Positions 1-10,100 of a stretch of DNA of 64,000 nucleotides are shown here, one piece after another. Source of the stretch: an uncultured Acidobacteriota bacterium. Its GTDB lineage: Bacteria > Acidobacteriota > Vicinamibacteria > Fen-336. The stretch's first letter is position 1. Every line of letters starts with the position of its first letter. The translations under genes were made by a program, and so were the position numbers. The stretch is taken from the NCBI GenBank assembly GCA_963720545.1, contig OY970399.1:3776001-3840000 (forward strand), given 5' to 3'. Under the pieces are notes generated by a model that made no database searches, had not been told where the DNA came from, and was given only the letters and a program-made list of their open reading frames with translations.

Positions 1-482
1 GCGGCCTTCAGCAGGCCCTTCGCATCCTTCGGCGTCGACGGCATCACGACCACCAGCCCCGGGACGTGCGCGAACCACGACTCGAACGACTGCGAGTGCT
101 GCGCCGCCACCTGGGCCGCGGCGCCGGAGGGGCCGCGCAGCACCATCGGGCAGCGCACCTGCCCGCCCGACATGTAGCGGTACTTGGCCGCGTGGTTCAC
201 GATCATGTCGAGCGCCAGGATCGAGAAGTTGAAGGTCATCATCTCGGCGATCGGCCGCATGCCGACGAAGGCGGCGCCGACCGCGATGCCGGCAATCGCC
301 TCCTCGGCGATCGGCGTGTCGCGCACGCGCCACTCGTCGAAGCTCGCGAGCAGGCCCGAGGTGACCTTGTAGGCGCCCTGGTAGGCGCCCACCTCCTCGC
401 CCAGCAGGAACACGTTCGGGTCGCGCGACATCTCTTCGCGCATCGCCTGGTTGAGAGCCTCGCGCATTGTCAGGATCGCCAT
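1..482 (-). CDS. pdhB: Pyruvate dehydrogenase E1 beta subunit (5' part only; runs off the window edge)
   Basis: Manual translation from the ATG at 482 gives [41 protein letters not shown]...[48 protein letters not shown]. This is a typical E1-beta N-terminus, 4 bp downstream of pdhA. It is missing from the ORF track because it is incomplete. Confidence 0.93.
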   Translation of the reverse strand, partial: MAILTMREALNQAMREEMSRDPNVFLLGEEVGAYQGAYKVTSGLLASFDEWRVRDTPIAEEAIAGIAVGAAFVGMRPIAEMMTFNFSILALDMIVNHAAKYRYMSGGQVRCPMVLRGPSGAAAQVAAQHSQSFESWFAHVPGLVVVMPSTPKDAKGLLKA

Positions 483-486
483 GGCG

Positions 487-1578
487 TCAGCTCCCCGCCT
501 TCACCGCGGCCTCGGCGGGGACGGCCGCGGCCGTCGGTGCGAACTTCTCCGGCACGCGGTCGGTGCGTTCGGCGGCGCGCCACGCCGGATCGGCGTCGGC
601 CGACTTGTGGTTGATGTAGGGCGAGTGCACGTAGACGTCCTCGTAGAGCGTTTCGTTCGACGGCCATGGGCTCGCTTCGGCGAACTTCACGGACTCGTCC
701 ACCAGGGCGATCACTTCCTTGTCGAGCGCGTCGAGCTCGGCCTGGCTGACGCGCTCCTGTTCGGTCAGGCGGCGGCCGAACTGGAAGATCGGGTCCACCT
801 GCATCATCTGCTCGACTTCTTCCTTGGTGCGGTACTTGCCCGGGTCCGACATCGAGTGGCCGCGGTAGCGGTAGGTCTCGGCTTCGATGAGCGTCGGACG
901 CTTCTCGGTGCGGGCGCGGTCGATCGCCTCGCCCAGCACTTCGCGCACGGCCAGCAGGTCCATGCCGTTGACCTCGCGGCGCGGCATTCCGTAGGCGGAG
1001 GCGCGCTGGTAGAGGTCCTTCACCGACGAGGCGCGGTCGAGCGAGGTGCCCATGCCGTAGCGGTTGTTCTCGATGATGTAGACGACCGGCAGGTCCCACA
1101 GCGCGCTCACGTTGAGCGCCTCGTGGAACGCCCCCTCGTTGACGGCGCCGTCGCCGAAGAAACACAGGCACACCTGGTCGGTCTTGCGCAGCCGGATCGC
1201 GTAGCCCATGCCGGCCGCGATCGGCAGGTGGCCGCCGACGATGCCGTCGCCGCCGTAGTTGCCGAGCGGCACGTCGTAGAAGTGCATGCTGCCGCCCTTG
1301 CCGCGGCTGATGCCGCCGATGCGGCCCCACAACTCGGCCATCAGCGGCCGCGGATCGGTGCCGCGGGCCAGCGCATAGCCGTGGTCGCGGTAGGAGGTGA
1401 CGAAGTAGTCGTCCTTGCGCAAAAGGCTCATGGCGCCGACGCCGACCGCCTCCTGGCCGATATAAAGATGAAGGAAGCCGCCGATCTTGCCTTCGACGTA
1501 GACCTGGGCGCAGCGTTCTTCGAAGCGCCGGATCAGCAGCATCGAGCGGTAGAGGGAGAGGGCGTCGTCGCGGTTCAT
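487..1578 (-). CDS. pdhA: Pyruvate dehydrogenase E1 alpha subunit
   Basis: [15 protein letters not shown], ThDP-binding GDGA...ENN motif, and loop [19 protein letters not shown]. Confidence 0.95.
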   Translation of the reverse strand: MNRDDALSLYRSMLLIRRFEERCAQVYVEGKIGGFLHLYIGQEAVGVGAMSLLRKDDYFVTSYRDHGYALARGTDPRPLMAELWGRIGGISRGKGGSMHFYDVPLGNYGGDGIVGGHLPIAAGMGYAIRLRKTDQVCLCFFGDGAVNEGAFHEALNVSALWDLPVVYIIENNRYGMGTSLDRASSVKDLYQRASAYGMPRREVNGMDLLAVREVLGEAIDRARTEKRPTLIEAETYRYRGHSMSDPGKYRTKEEVEQMMQVDPIFQFGRRLTEQERVSQAELDALDKEVIALVDESVKFAEASPWPSNETLYEDVYVHSPYINHKSADADPAWRAAERTDRVPEKFAPTAAAVPAEAAVKAGS

Positions 1579-1627
1579 GTCTTTGAGGGCCAGTCTCCCT
1601 TAGGGGTCACGCCGAGGTCAACGAACC

Positions 1628-2473
1628 TCAGCCATCGAGAAGGGTGGCGGCGTGCATCAGCGCGTAGACAGCGCCGACGCACAGGGCGAGGCCGCAGGCC
1701 AGCAGGGCCGCGCCGAGGCCGAGCGCCCACCTGCGGTCGGACGCCTCGCTGGCCGCAAAGTCGGGGCCCGGCACATACTCGCCGCGCAGCATGCGCGCCG
1801 TGTCGGCGCGCATCGCGAACGCGAAACCCAGCAGGGCAGCGAGCGACAGCGGACAGAAGAACACTCCGAGCACGGAGCTCGCGCATTGCGCCGGCCGCGC
1901 CCAGCTGGCGCCACGCAGCCAGCCGAAGCCCAGGACGAGCGCCCAGATCGCGAACGCGAGCCCGGCGAACAACAAGCCGTAGCGTGTCTGCGGCACCGGC
2001 GCCAGCAGCGCCGCTGCGGCGCCGAGGCCGGCGAAGACCGCGGCGAAGGCAAGCCAGCCCAGCCCGAGGACGCGCGCCGCGAGCCGCGGCGCTTCGCGCA
2101 GCGCGACGCGCTGGTCGGTGTCGGAGGTTGACGGCTCGTAGTCGGCGGGCGGCGGCACCGCAGCGTCGCCGGCGATCGTCAGCGGCGTGTCGCCCGGCAA
2201 CAGCTTCAGCGCGATATCGCCGAGCCGCAGGACGTCGCCGACCACGAGCTGCTTGCGCTCGGTGCGGCGGCCGTTGACGTAGGTGCCGTTGGCGCTGCCG
2301 GCGTCGCGCACGAACACGCCCTGGCTGGTCGTCTCGAGCACCGCGTGGCGCCGCGAACACTGCGTGTCGTAAAGAACCAGGTCGCTCGCCGGGTCGCGGC
2401 CGAGGGTGTTGACGTCGTTCGTCAGCTCGATGACGTGATGGACGCCGTCCGGATAGGTCACCTGGAGTTTCAA
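1628..2473 (-). CDS. FHA-domain protein with C-terminal transmembrane helices
   Basis: FHA signature LGRDPASDLVL..SRRHA..DAGSANGTYVNG followed by several hydrophobic segments. The ORF track starts at 2536. I prefer the TTG at 2473 because an extended -10 (TGcTACAAT) lies 8 nt upstream and 2536 would leave 2 bp before gdh. Confidence 0.8.
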   Translation of the reverse strand: MKLQVTYPDGVHHVIELTNDVNTLGRDPASDLVLYDTQCSRRHAVLETTSQGVFVRDAGSANGTYVNGRRTERKQLVVGDVLRLGDIALKLLPGDTPLTIAGDAAVPPPADYEPSTSDTDQRVALREAPRLAARVLGLGWLAFAAVFAGLGAAAALLAPVPQTRYGLLFAGLAFAIWALVLGFGWLRGASWARPAQCASSVLGVFFCPLSLAALLGFAFAMRADTARMLRGEYVPGPDFAASEASDRRWALGLGAALLACGLALCVGAVYALMHAATLLDG

Positions 2474-2481
2474 GCGGCGAA

Positions 2482-2490
2482 ATTGTAGCA
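2482..2490 (-). promoter_or_regulatory. Putative extended -10 promoter (TGcTACAAT) for the FHA-pdhA-pdhB direction
   Basis: The plus strand reads attgtagca at 2482-2490, which is TGCTACAAT on the minus strand, an AT-rich near-consensus site in GC-rich DNA. Confidence 0.5.
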
Positions 2491-2538
2491 AGAGCGTCCT
2501 CGACTTGGCCGCTGGCGCAGGATTAAGATCCGCCACGC

Positions 2539-5500
2539 ATGATCACCCAGGATCCCGAGAAGCGCGCCGCCCGGCTGGTTGAGGTCGAAGCCGTGCTGAA
2601 GGCCGCGCCGCCCGCCGACCGCGAGTTGCTGCTGGCCTTCGCCCCGGTGATGCACGCCGCCACCCCCGACCGCATCGTCTTCGGCCTGAGCGCCGACGCC
2701 ATGGCCGCGCGCATCACCGACCAGTTCCGCTTCGTGGTGCGCGAGATGCCGTCGTCGCACCAGCTCTACAAGGGCCTGCCCGGACTGCACGTGGTGGTGC
2801 GCAACCCCGACGAGGGCGAGTGGGTGCGCAAGGGGCCTGCGAACGGAATTCCGCACGAGATCACGGTGGTGCAGACACACACGCCGGACGTGCCGTTCAT
2901 CTACGAGAGCCTCAAGAACTACTTCCGCAAAGCCGGCATCCGCGTGTTCACCGCGGCGCACCCGATCTTCACCGTCCGCCGCCAGTGGGAAAAGATCGTC
3001 GGCATCGGCGACGTCCACGACGAGGGCTCGAAGGAGGTTTACACCTACTTCCAGATCGAACGCATCGACTCGAAGGAACGGCTCCATCACATGGAGCACG
3101 AGATCTATTCGGTGCTGAAGACGGTGTTCACCGCGGTCGAGGACTTCAGCGACATGCAGCAGCAGGTGCGCGACCTGTCGCTGCGCCTGCGGCCGCGCAA
3201 GGCCGGCGGCAACGACGCCGCTCCCGCGAAGGCGTTCCTCGAGTGGATCCTGGCCGACAACTACGTCTTCTCCGGCACCGTCAAGTATCGCGTCGGCGCC
3301 GACGGCCTTCCCGACCGCGTCCACGAGACCGCCAACGGCGTCTTCACCGACCCGAACCTGCTGCCGGTCGTGTTCCCGGGGCTCATCGAGGAGATCGAGT
3401 CGAAGATCGTGCCGCGCGACGCCGACGAGCGGGTGCTCGACATCGACTATGCGAACAACGCCTCGGCCGTCCACCAACTCGATCCAGTCGACGACATCGT
3501 GGTGCGCCAGTGGGGCGAGGACGGCAAGCTGCAGGAGGCGACCGTCATCCTCGGGCGCTTCGCCAAGTCGGCGTTCTCGTTCCGCGCCGAGGAGATCCCG
3601 TTGCTGCGCGAAAAGCGCAACTGGATCCTCGAGAACAGCGGCGCCATGCCGAAGTCGCACGATTACCGCGAGTTCCGCGCGCTGTTCAACAAGATCCCGA
3701 CCCGCGAGCTGTTCTACGCCGACCCGGCTTCGCTGAAGACGCTGCTGGAGCGCATGGTGTTCCTCACCGGCGACGACGAGATCGCCGTGTTCCACCGCCG
3801 CGGCGCCGGCTACGACACCTTGTATCTGGCGATCTCGCGGCTGCGCTACTCCGTGAGCCTCGAGGACCAGATCCGCCGCGCCTTCGAGGACGAGTTCGGC
3901 CCCAGCTCCTACACCGCGGCCGCCGACTGCGGCGCCATCTACCTGCTGCTCTTCTACTTCGACTCGGTGCGGCTCGAGCATCCGGTGGACGAGGACCGTG
4001 CGCGCGCCGTGGCGACGCCGCTGGTCACCACCTGGGAAGACCGCACGCTTGCGGCACTCGTCCACACCTTCGGCGAGCGCGACGGCCTGAAGCTGTTCCG
4101 CCGCTACATCACGCCCGACAGCCGCAGTGGCATGTACCGCGAGGCGACCGCACCCGAGGAAGTGCCCGAAGACGTGCAGCGCCTCGACAGCCTCGAGGGG
4201 CAGATCGAGATCGCGATCGTGCCGCGCACCGCGGACTCCGCAACCCTGAAGCTCTACTCGGTGAAGCCGCTGGCGCTCACCGAGAGCCTGCGCACGCTGC
4301 AGAACCTCGGCGTCACAGTCACCGAGGAGCTGCGCGTGCCGCTGGTCCTGCCCGACGGCCGGCGCAGCTTCCTGTACCGCTTCGAGCTGGAGGCGCCGCC
4401 GGCGCGCATCGCCGCGGTCAGCGACGGCGCGCGCGCCGGCCGCTTCATCGACGCCGTGCGCGCCCTCGACGAGGCCCGCGCCACCGACGATGCGGTGAAC
4501 GCGCTGGTGCTCGACGCCAACCTCGACTGGCGCGAGGTGGAAGTGCTGCGCACGCTGCGCAACCACCTGCTGCAGGTGCGCCCGCACTACAACTCGGAGA
4601 CGGTCAACGGCGTGCTGCAGCGCAACGCCGCCGTGGCCGGCGCGCTGCTGCGCTCGTTCGCGGCGCGCTTCGACCCGAACCTCGAAGGCGACCGCGACGC
4701 GCAGATCGCCGCGGCCGGCGAAGCGGTCACCGCCGCCCTCGACTCGGTGAAGAGCCTGGCCGAGGACGAGGTGTTGCGCGGCCTCGACAACCTGGTGCGC
4801 GCCAGCCTGCGCACCAACTTCTACCAGCGCCCGGAGCGTCCGGTGATCGCGATCAAGGTGGAGAGCGGCAAGGTCGAGGGCATGCCGTCGCCGCGACCGC
4901 TCTACGAGATCTACGTGCACTCGCGCTGGCTGGAAGGCATCCACCTGCGCGGCGGCAAGGTGGCGCGCGGCGGCATCCGCTGGAGCGACCGCCACGACGA
5001 CTTCCGCACCGAGATCCTCGGCCTGATGAAGACGCAGATGGTGAAGAACGTCATCATCGTGCCGGTCGGCTCGAAGGGCGGCTTCGTGCTGAAGGGCAAC
5101 GTGCCGCCGCGGCCGGCGCTCGACCAGTACCTCATCGACCGCTACCGCGAGTTCGTCTCGGGCCTGCTCGACGTCACCGACAACATCGTCGACGGCGCGA
5201 TCCTGCATCCGCCCGAAGTGATCCGCCGCGACGGCGACGACCCGTACCTGGTGGTCGCGGCCGACAAGGGCACTGCGCACCTCTCCGACACCGCCAACAG
5301 CGTCTCGGCGCAGTACGGCTTCTGGCTCGGCGACGCGTTCGCCTCCGGCGGCAGCGTCGGCTACGACCACAAGAAGGAAGGCATCACCGCGCGCGGCGCC
5401 TGGGAATGCGTCAAGCACCACTTCGAGGTGCTGGGCAGCGACATCCAGAAAGAGCCGTTCACCTGCGTCGGCATCGGCGACATGGGCGGCGACGTGTTCG

Positions 5501-6795
5501 GCAACGGCATGCTGCTTAGCCCGGTGACGAAGCTCCAGGCCGCCTTCAACCACGCGCACATCTTCATCGACCCCGATCCGCCGGTGGCGGCATCTCTCAA
5601 GGAACGCCAGCGGCTCTTCAACCTGCCGCGCTCGTCGTGGCGCGACTACGACGCGGCGCTCATCAGCAAGGGCGGCGGCATCTTCGACCGCTCCGCGAAA
5701 GCGATCGCGGTTTCGCCCGAGATGCGCAAGCTCCTCGACATCGAAGCGAAGAGCGCCTCGGGCGAGGAAGTGATCCGCCACATCCTGCGGGCCAGAGTCG
5801 ACCTCCTTTATAACGGCGGCATCGGCACCTACGTGAAGGCGGCGGCCGAGGAGGATGCCGACGTCGGCGACCGCGCCAACGACAGGGTGCGCGTCGACGC
5901 CAGCGAGGTGCGGGCGCGGGTGGTCGGCGAGGGCGGCAACCTCGGCCTGACGCAGCGCGCGCGCCTCGAGTTCTGGCAGCGGCAGGGCGCCATCAACACC
6001 GATGCGGTCGACAATTCGGGCGGCGTCGACATGTCGGACCACGAGGTCAACATCAAGATCCTGATGAACCTGCTGGTGCGCAAGGGTGCCGTCAAGAGCA
6101 AGGCCGAGCGCAACGAGATCCTGAAGGCGATGACCGACGAGGTCTCGGAGCTGTGCCTCGCCGACAACTTCAACCAGGCCTGGGCGCTCACCCTCGACTC
6201 CGCCCGCTCGGCCGCCCGCTACGAGGAGTTCGCGACGCTCATCGACGACCTGGTGGCCGCCGGTGGCCTGCGGCGCGAAGACGACGCGGTGCCGGCACGC
6301 GCCGAGCTGCTCGCGGCCGATCGCACGCGCGGCCTGCCGCGGCCACTGCTGTGCGTGCTGCTCGGCCACACCAAGATGTGGGCGTTCGACGAGCTGTTGA
6401 AGAGCGATTTCCCCGACGGCCCGCTCGGCAAGCCGCTGCTGGCCGCTTACTTTCCAAAGCGCCTGCGCGACAGTTTCGCCGAACATTTCGAGGGGCACGC
6501 GCTGAAGCGCGAGATCATCGCGACCGGCGCCGTCAACTACGTCGTCAACAACGCCGGCATGACCTTCTTCGGGCGGGCGATGGCCGCGTCCGGCAGGGGC
6601 ATTGGTGCGGTCGCCGCGGCGTATCTCGAGGCGGACAGCGCCGCCAAGGCGGGCGCGGCGCGCGACGTGGTGCGCGGTTCGGCCAAGGCGGCGGCGGCCA
6701 AGCAGGCGGCGCTCCTCGAGATCGACGCCGCGCTCGAAGGCACGGCACTCGGTATCCTCAAGGGTGCCAGGGGCGGCAAGGGCAGCAAGTCTTAG
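2539..6795 (+). CDS. gdhB: Large NAD-specific glutamate dehydrogenase
   Basis: EGIHLRGGKVARGGIRWSDR, GLMKTQMVKN, DPYLVVAADKGTA, GDAFASGGS.GYDHKKEGITARGAWE, GIGDMGGDVFGNG, DNSGGVDMSDHEVNIKI; 1418 aa. Confidence 0.95.
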   Translation: MITQDPEKRAARLVEVEAVLKAAPPADRELLLAFAPVMHAATPDRIVFGLSADAMAARITDQFRFVVREMPSSHQLYKGLPGLHVVVRNPDEGEWVRKGPANGIPHEITVVQTHTPDVPFIYESLKNYFRKAGIRVFTAAHPIFTVRRQWEKIVGIGDVHDEGSKEVYTYFQIERIDSKERLHHMEHEIYSVLKTVFTAVEDFSDMQQQVRDLSLRLRPRKAGGNDAAPAKAFLEWILADNYVFSGTVKYRVGADGLPDRVHETANGVFTDPNLLPVVFPGLIEEIESKIVPRDADERVLDIDYANNASAVHQLDPVDDIVVRQWGEDGKLQEATVILGRFAKSAFSFRAEEIPLLREKRNWILENSGAMPKSHDYREFRALFNKIPTRELFYADPASLKTLLERMVFLTGDDEIAVFHRRGAGYDTLYLAISRLRYSVSLEDQIRRAFEDEFGPSSYTAAADCGAIYLLLFYFDSVRLEHPVDEDRARAVATPLVTTWEDRTLAALVHTFGERDGLKLFRRYITPDSRSGMYREATAPEEVPEDVQRLDSLEGQIEIAIVPRTADSATLKLYSVKPLALTESLRTLQNLGVTVTEELRVPLVLPDGRRSFLYRFELEAPPARIAAVSDGARAGRFIDAVRALDEARATDDAVNALVLDANLDWREVEVLRTLRNHLLQVRPHYNSETVNGVLQRNAAVAGALLRSFAARFDPNLEGDRDAQIAAAGEAVTAALDSVKSLAEDEVLRGLDNLVRASLRTNFYQRPERPVIAIKVESGKVEGMPSPRPLYEIYVHSRWLEGIHLRGGKVARGGIRWSDRHDDFRTEILGLMKTQMVKNVIIVPVGSKGGFVLKGNVPPRPALDQYLIDRYREFVSGLLDVTDNIVDGAILHPPEVIRRDGDDPYLVVAADKGTAHLSDTANSVSAQYGFWLGDAFASGGSVGYDHKKEGITARGAWECVKHHFEVLGSDIQKEPFTCVGIGDMGGDVFGNGMLLSPVTKLQAAFNHAHIFIDPDPPVAASLKERQRLFNLPRSSWRDYDAALISKGGGIFDRSAKAIAVSPEMRKLLDIEAKSASGEEVIRHILRARVDLLYNGGIGTYVKAAAEEDADVGDRANDRVRVDASEVRARVVGEGGNLGLTQRARLEFWQRQGAINTDAVDNSGGVDMSDHEVNIKILMNLLVRKGAVKSKAERNEILKAMTDEVSELCLADNFNQAWALTLDSARSAARYEEFATLIDDLVAAGGLRREDDAVPARAELLAADRTRGLPRPLLCVLLGHTKMWAFDELLKSDFPDGPLGKPLLAAYFPKRLRDSFAEHFEGHALKREIIATGAVNYVVNNAGMTFFGRAMAASGRGIGAVAAAYLEADSAAKAGAARDVVRGSAKAAAAKQAALLEIDAALEGTALGILKGARGGKGSKS

Positions 6796-6816
6796 CCACC
6801 GCAGGCAGGAGGGCTC

Positions 6817-8568
6817 TTGTTCACTTACGTGTTCCTGGCGGCGCTCGGCGCCGCTGCGCAACCGGCGCCTGCGCCGCCGGCAGAGTCGGCGCCGCTCGCG
6901 GCACTGCTCGCCGAGGAGTGGGAGGCGCGGCTCAAGGACTATCCGCGCGCGGCCAGCGCCGCCGGCGACCATCGCTACGACGACCGGCTTCAGTCGATAA
7001 CGCCTGCCGACCTCGAACGCCGCGCGGCCGCCGACCGCAGTCTCGCGGCGCGCCTCGAAAAGCTCGACGAGAACGGCCTGTCGGTGACCGACGCGATCAG
7101 CCGCCGTATGTTGCTGCGCGAGGTGCGCCACCGCGTCGCCGACTACGACTTCGGCGTGCAGCGCATGCCGATCAACGCCGACTGGGGATTTCACCTCGAC
7201 ATCGCCCAGTTGCCGCGCGAGACGCAGTTCGTCACCACCAAGGACTACGAGAACTACATCGCCCGGCTGAAGGCGATCCCCGCGTTCTTCGACCAGGAGA
7301 TCGCGTGGATGAAGGAGGGCGTGCGCACCGGGTTCACGGTGCCGGCGGTGGTCCTCGAGGGCTACGAGACGGGCATCACCGGCCAGGTGAGCGACGACCC
7401 GGAGAAGTCCGCGATGTTCGCGCCGTTTGGCGAGTTTCCGGCTGGCGTGCCCGCGGCCGAACACGCGCGGCTGCGCGCGGCCGGGCGCGCCGCGGTCGCC
7501 GACGCGGTCATCCCTGCTTATCGCAGGTTCCTGAAGTTCTTCGTCGACGAGTACCGGCCCGGTGCGCGCAAGACGATTGGCGCATCGGAGATGCCGGACG
7601 GGCGCAAGTTCTACGCGGCGCAGGTGAAATGGTTCACCACGCTCGACATCACTCCCGACGAAGTGCACGCGATCGGCCTCAAGGAAGTGGCGCGCATCCA
7701 CGCGGAAATGGAGGCGGTCAAGGAGAAGGCGGGCTTCAAGGGCGACCTGGCGGCGTTCATCGAGTTCCTGCGCACCGACCCGCGGTTCTACGCGAAGACA
7801 CCGGGCGAGCTGCTGCGCGAGGCGTGCTTCATCGCGAAGAAGATCGACGGCCGGCTGCCGAGCCTGTTCGGCAAGCTGCCGCGCCTGCCGTACAGCGTCG
7901 AACCGGTCCCTGACGCGATCGCGCCGAAGTTCACCGGCGGCCGCTACGTGGACGCGCCGATTGGCGGCCAGCATGGCGGCATCTACTGGGTGAATACTTA
8001 CTCGCTGCCGAGCCGGCCGCTCTACGTGCTGCCGTCGTTGACGCTGCACGAGGCGGTGCCGGGCCATCACCTGCAGGGGGCGCTCAGCCAGGAGCTCACC
8101 GGCGTCCCGCCGTTCCGCCGCGTGGCCTACGTCGACGCCTTCGGCGAGGGCTGGGGGCTCTATTCGGAGCGGCTCGGCCTGGAGATGGGCATCTACGAAG
8201 ATCCGTACAGCGATTTCGGCCGGCTCACCTACGAGATGTGGCGTGCGTGCCGGCTGGTGGTGGACACCGGGATCCACTGGAAGGGCTGGACTCGCGAACA
8301 GGCGCTCGAGTACCTCGGCTCGAACACCGCGCTGTCCCGCCATGAGGTGCGCACCGAGATCGACCGCTACATCTCCTGGCCGGCGCAGGCGCTCGCCTAC
8401 AAGATGGGCGAGCTGAAGATCCGCGAGCTCCGCGCGCGCGCCGAGCAGGCGCTGGGCACCCGCTTCGACGTGCGCCGGTTCCACGATGCGGTGCTCGCGA
8501 ACGGCACGCTGCCGCTCGACGTCCTCGAGCAGCGTATCGACGCGTTCATCGCAGCCGAACGGCCGTGA
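6817..8568 (+). CDS. DUF885 family protein (probable exported zinc-metallopeptidase-like protein)
   Basis: HEAVPGHHLQ, EGWGLYSE, RACRLVVDTGIH and EIDRYISWPAQALAYK motifs; N-terminal signal-peptide-like segment; TTG start preceded by AGGAGG. Confidence 0.88.
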   Translation: MFTYVFLAALGAAAQPAPAPPAESAPLAALLAEEWEARLKDYPRAASAAGDHRYDDRLQSITPADLERRAAADRSLAARLEKLDENGLSVTDAISRRMLLREVRHRVADYDFGVQRMPINADWGFHLDIAQLPRETQFVTTKDYENYIARLKAIPAFFDQEIAWMKEGVRTGFTVPAVVLEGYETGITGQVSDDPEKSAMFAPFGEFPAGVPAAEHARLRAAGRAAVADAVIPAYRRFLKFFVDEYRPGARKTIGASEMPDGRKFYAAQVKWFTTLDITPDEVHAIGLKEVARIHAEMEAVKEKAGFKGDLAAFIEFLRTDPRFYAKTPGELLREACFIAKKIDGRLPSLFGKLPRLPYSVEPVPDAIAPKFTGGRYVDAPIGGQHGGIYWVNTYSLPSRPLYVLPSLTLHEAVPGHHLQGALSQELTGVPPFRRVAYVDAFGEGWGLYSERLGLEMGIYEDPYSDFGRLTYEMWRACRLVVDTGIHWKGWTREQALEYLGSNTALSRHEVRTEIDRYISWPAQALAYKMGELKIRELRARAEQALGTRFDVRRFHDAVLANGTLPLDVLEQRIDAFIAAERP

Positions 8569-10100
8569 CGTTCCACGGCCGCGACCCGGTCACAGGCGCG
8601 GCACTCGAGCCGCCGTACACCGACGCCACGCTCGACGATATCGACGCCGCCTGCCGCCGCGCCGAGGATGCGGCAGCCGCCTACGCGGCGCTCCCGGCCG
8701 CGCGCCGCGCGCAGCTCCTGCGCGCGACCGCCGATGCGCTCGAGGCGCAGGGTGCGGCGCTCCTCGAACGCGCCCGCGCCGAGACCGGCCTGCCACTGCC
8801 GCGGCTCGAGGGCGAACGCGGCCGCACCACGGCCCAGTTGCGTCTGTTCGCCGAGGTCGTGGACGAAGGCACTTGGGTGGAGGCGCGCATCGACCGCGCG
8901 CTGCCCGAGCGCAAGCCGGAGCGTCCCGACATCCGCCGCATGCTGCACCCGCTCGGCCCGGTGGCCGTGTTCGGCGCCTCGAACTTTCCGCTGGCGTTCT
9001 CGGTGGCGGGCGGCGACACCGCTTCGGCGCTCGCGGCCGGATGTCCGGTGGTGGTGAAGGCGCATCCCGCGCATCCCGGCACGAGCGATCTGGCGGCAGA
9101 GGCGATTCGTGCGGCGTGCGCGGCCACGCAGATGCCCGAGGGCGTCTTTGGCATGGTGCAAGGCGCCGGCGCCGACGTTGGCGGCGCGCTGGTGGAGCAT
9201 CCGGCGATTCGTGCCGTCGCATTCACCGGCTCGCTGCGCGGCGGCCGCGCGCTCTTCGACCTCGCGGCGCGCCGTCCCAGCCCGGTGCCGTTCTACGGCG
9301 AGCTCGGCTCGGCGAATCCGGTCTTCATCCTGCCTGCGGCGATGGCGGCGCGTGGCGCCCAGATCGCCGCCGGCCTGGTGGCGTCGGTGACCCTCGGCTC
9401 GGGACAGTTCTGCACCAACCCGGGGCTCGCGTTCCTCGACGGCTCGAGCGCTTCGGACGCGTTCGTGCAGCGCGTCTGCGAACTGATCGCGGCAGCACCA
9501 GCCGGGACCATGGTGCACGACGGCATCCGCGCGGCGTTCGACGCGGACGTGGCGAAGGTCGCGGCGCTCGACGGCGTGGCCCTTGCCGCCCAGGGCAGTC
9601 CGGCCGCGGACCCGCGCACCGCGGCGGCGCGCACCGCACTCTTCGTCGCCGACGGGTCCGCATATCTGCGCCACGAGCGGCTGGCCGCCGAGATCTACGG
9701 TCCGGCCACTGTTGCCGTGCGCTGCGCCGACCGCGCGCAGCTCCTCGACATCGCCCGCTCGCTGACCGGCCACCTGACGGCCACCGTGCATGCCGATGGC
9801 GACGATCTCGCGCGGCATGCCGATCTCATCGAAATCCTGCGCACCAAGGTGGGGCGGCTGGTGGTGAACGGTTTTCCCACCGGCGTCGAGGTGTCGCCCG
9901 CGATGCACCACGGCGGCCCGTATCCCGCGGCCACCGACCCGCGCGCCACCTCGGTGGGCACCGCCGCGATCGCGCGCTTCGCACGGCCGGTCTGCTACCA
10001 GGGCTTTCCCGACGCGGCGCTGCCGGTCGAGCTGCGGCGCGCCAACGAGCGCGGCATCTTCCGCCTCGTGGACGGCGCGCTCACCAGGGAACCGGCGTGA
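8565..10100 (+). CDS. lhpG: Aldehyde dehydrogenase, 2-oxoglutarate semialdehyde dehydrogenase type
   Basis: VFGASNFPLAFS, FTGS, GELGS, GQFCTNPG, PTGVEV..AMHHGGPYPA; located in a hydroxyproline operon; GTGA overlap with the DUF885 gene. Confidence 0.88.
   Translation: MTFHGRDPVTGAALEPPYTDATLDDIDAACRRAEDAAAAYAALPAARRAQLLRATADALEAQGAALLERARAETGLPLPRLEGERGRTTAQLRLFAEVVDEGTWVEARIDRALPERKPERPDIRRMLHPLGPVAVFGASNFPLAFSVAGGDTASALAAGCPVVVKAHPAHPGTSDLAAEAIRAACAATQMPEGVFGMVQGAGADVGGALVEHPAIRAVAFTGSLRGGRALFDLAARRPSPVPFYGELGSANPVFILPAAMAARGAQIAAGLVASVTLGSGQFCTNPGLAFLDGSSASDAFVQRVCELIAAAPAGTMVHDGIRAAFDADVAKVAALDGVALAAQGSPAADPRTAAARTALFVADGSAYLRHERLAAEIYGPATVAVRCADRAQLLDIARSLTGHLTATVHADGDDLARHADLIEILRTKVGRLVVNGFPTGVEVSPAMHHGGPYPAATDPRATSVGTAAIARFARPVCYQGFPDAALPVELRRANERGIFRLVDGALTREPA

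Noticed and set aside
6793..6819. gdh and DUF885 are in the same frame, suggesting possible stop-codon readthrough fusion
   Set aside because: DUF885 has its own AGGAGG RBS and signal-like N-terminus. A shared frame is a one-in-three coincidence.
2470..8484. 2004 aa minus-strand ORF antisense to gdh and DUF885, and similar long antisense or alternate-frame ORFs across the PKS genes
   Set aside because: These are shadow ORFs expected from high-GC codon bias. They have no recognisable motifs and fully overlap well-supported genes.
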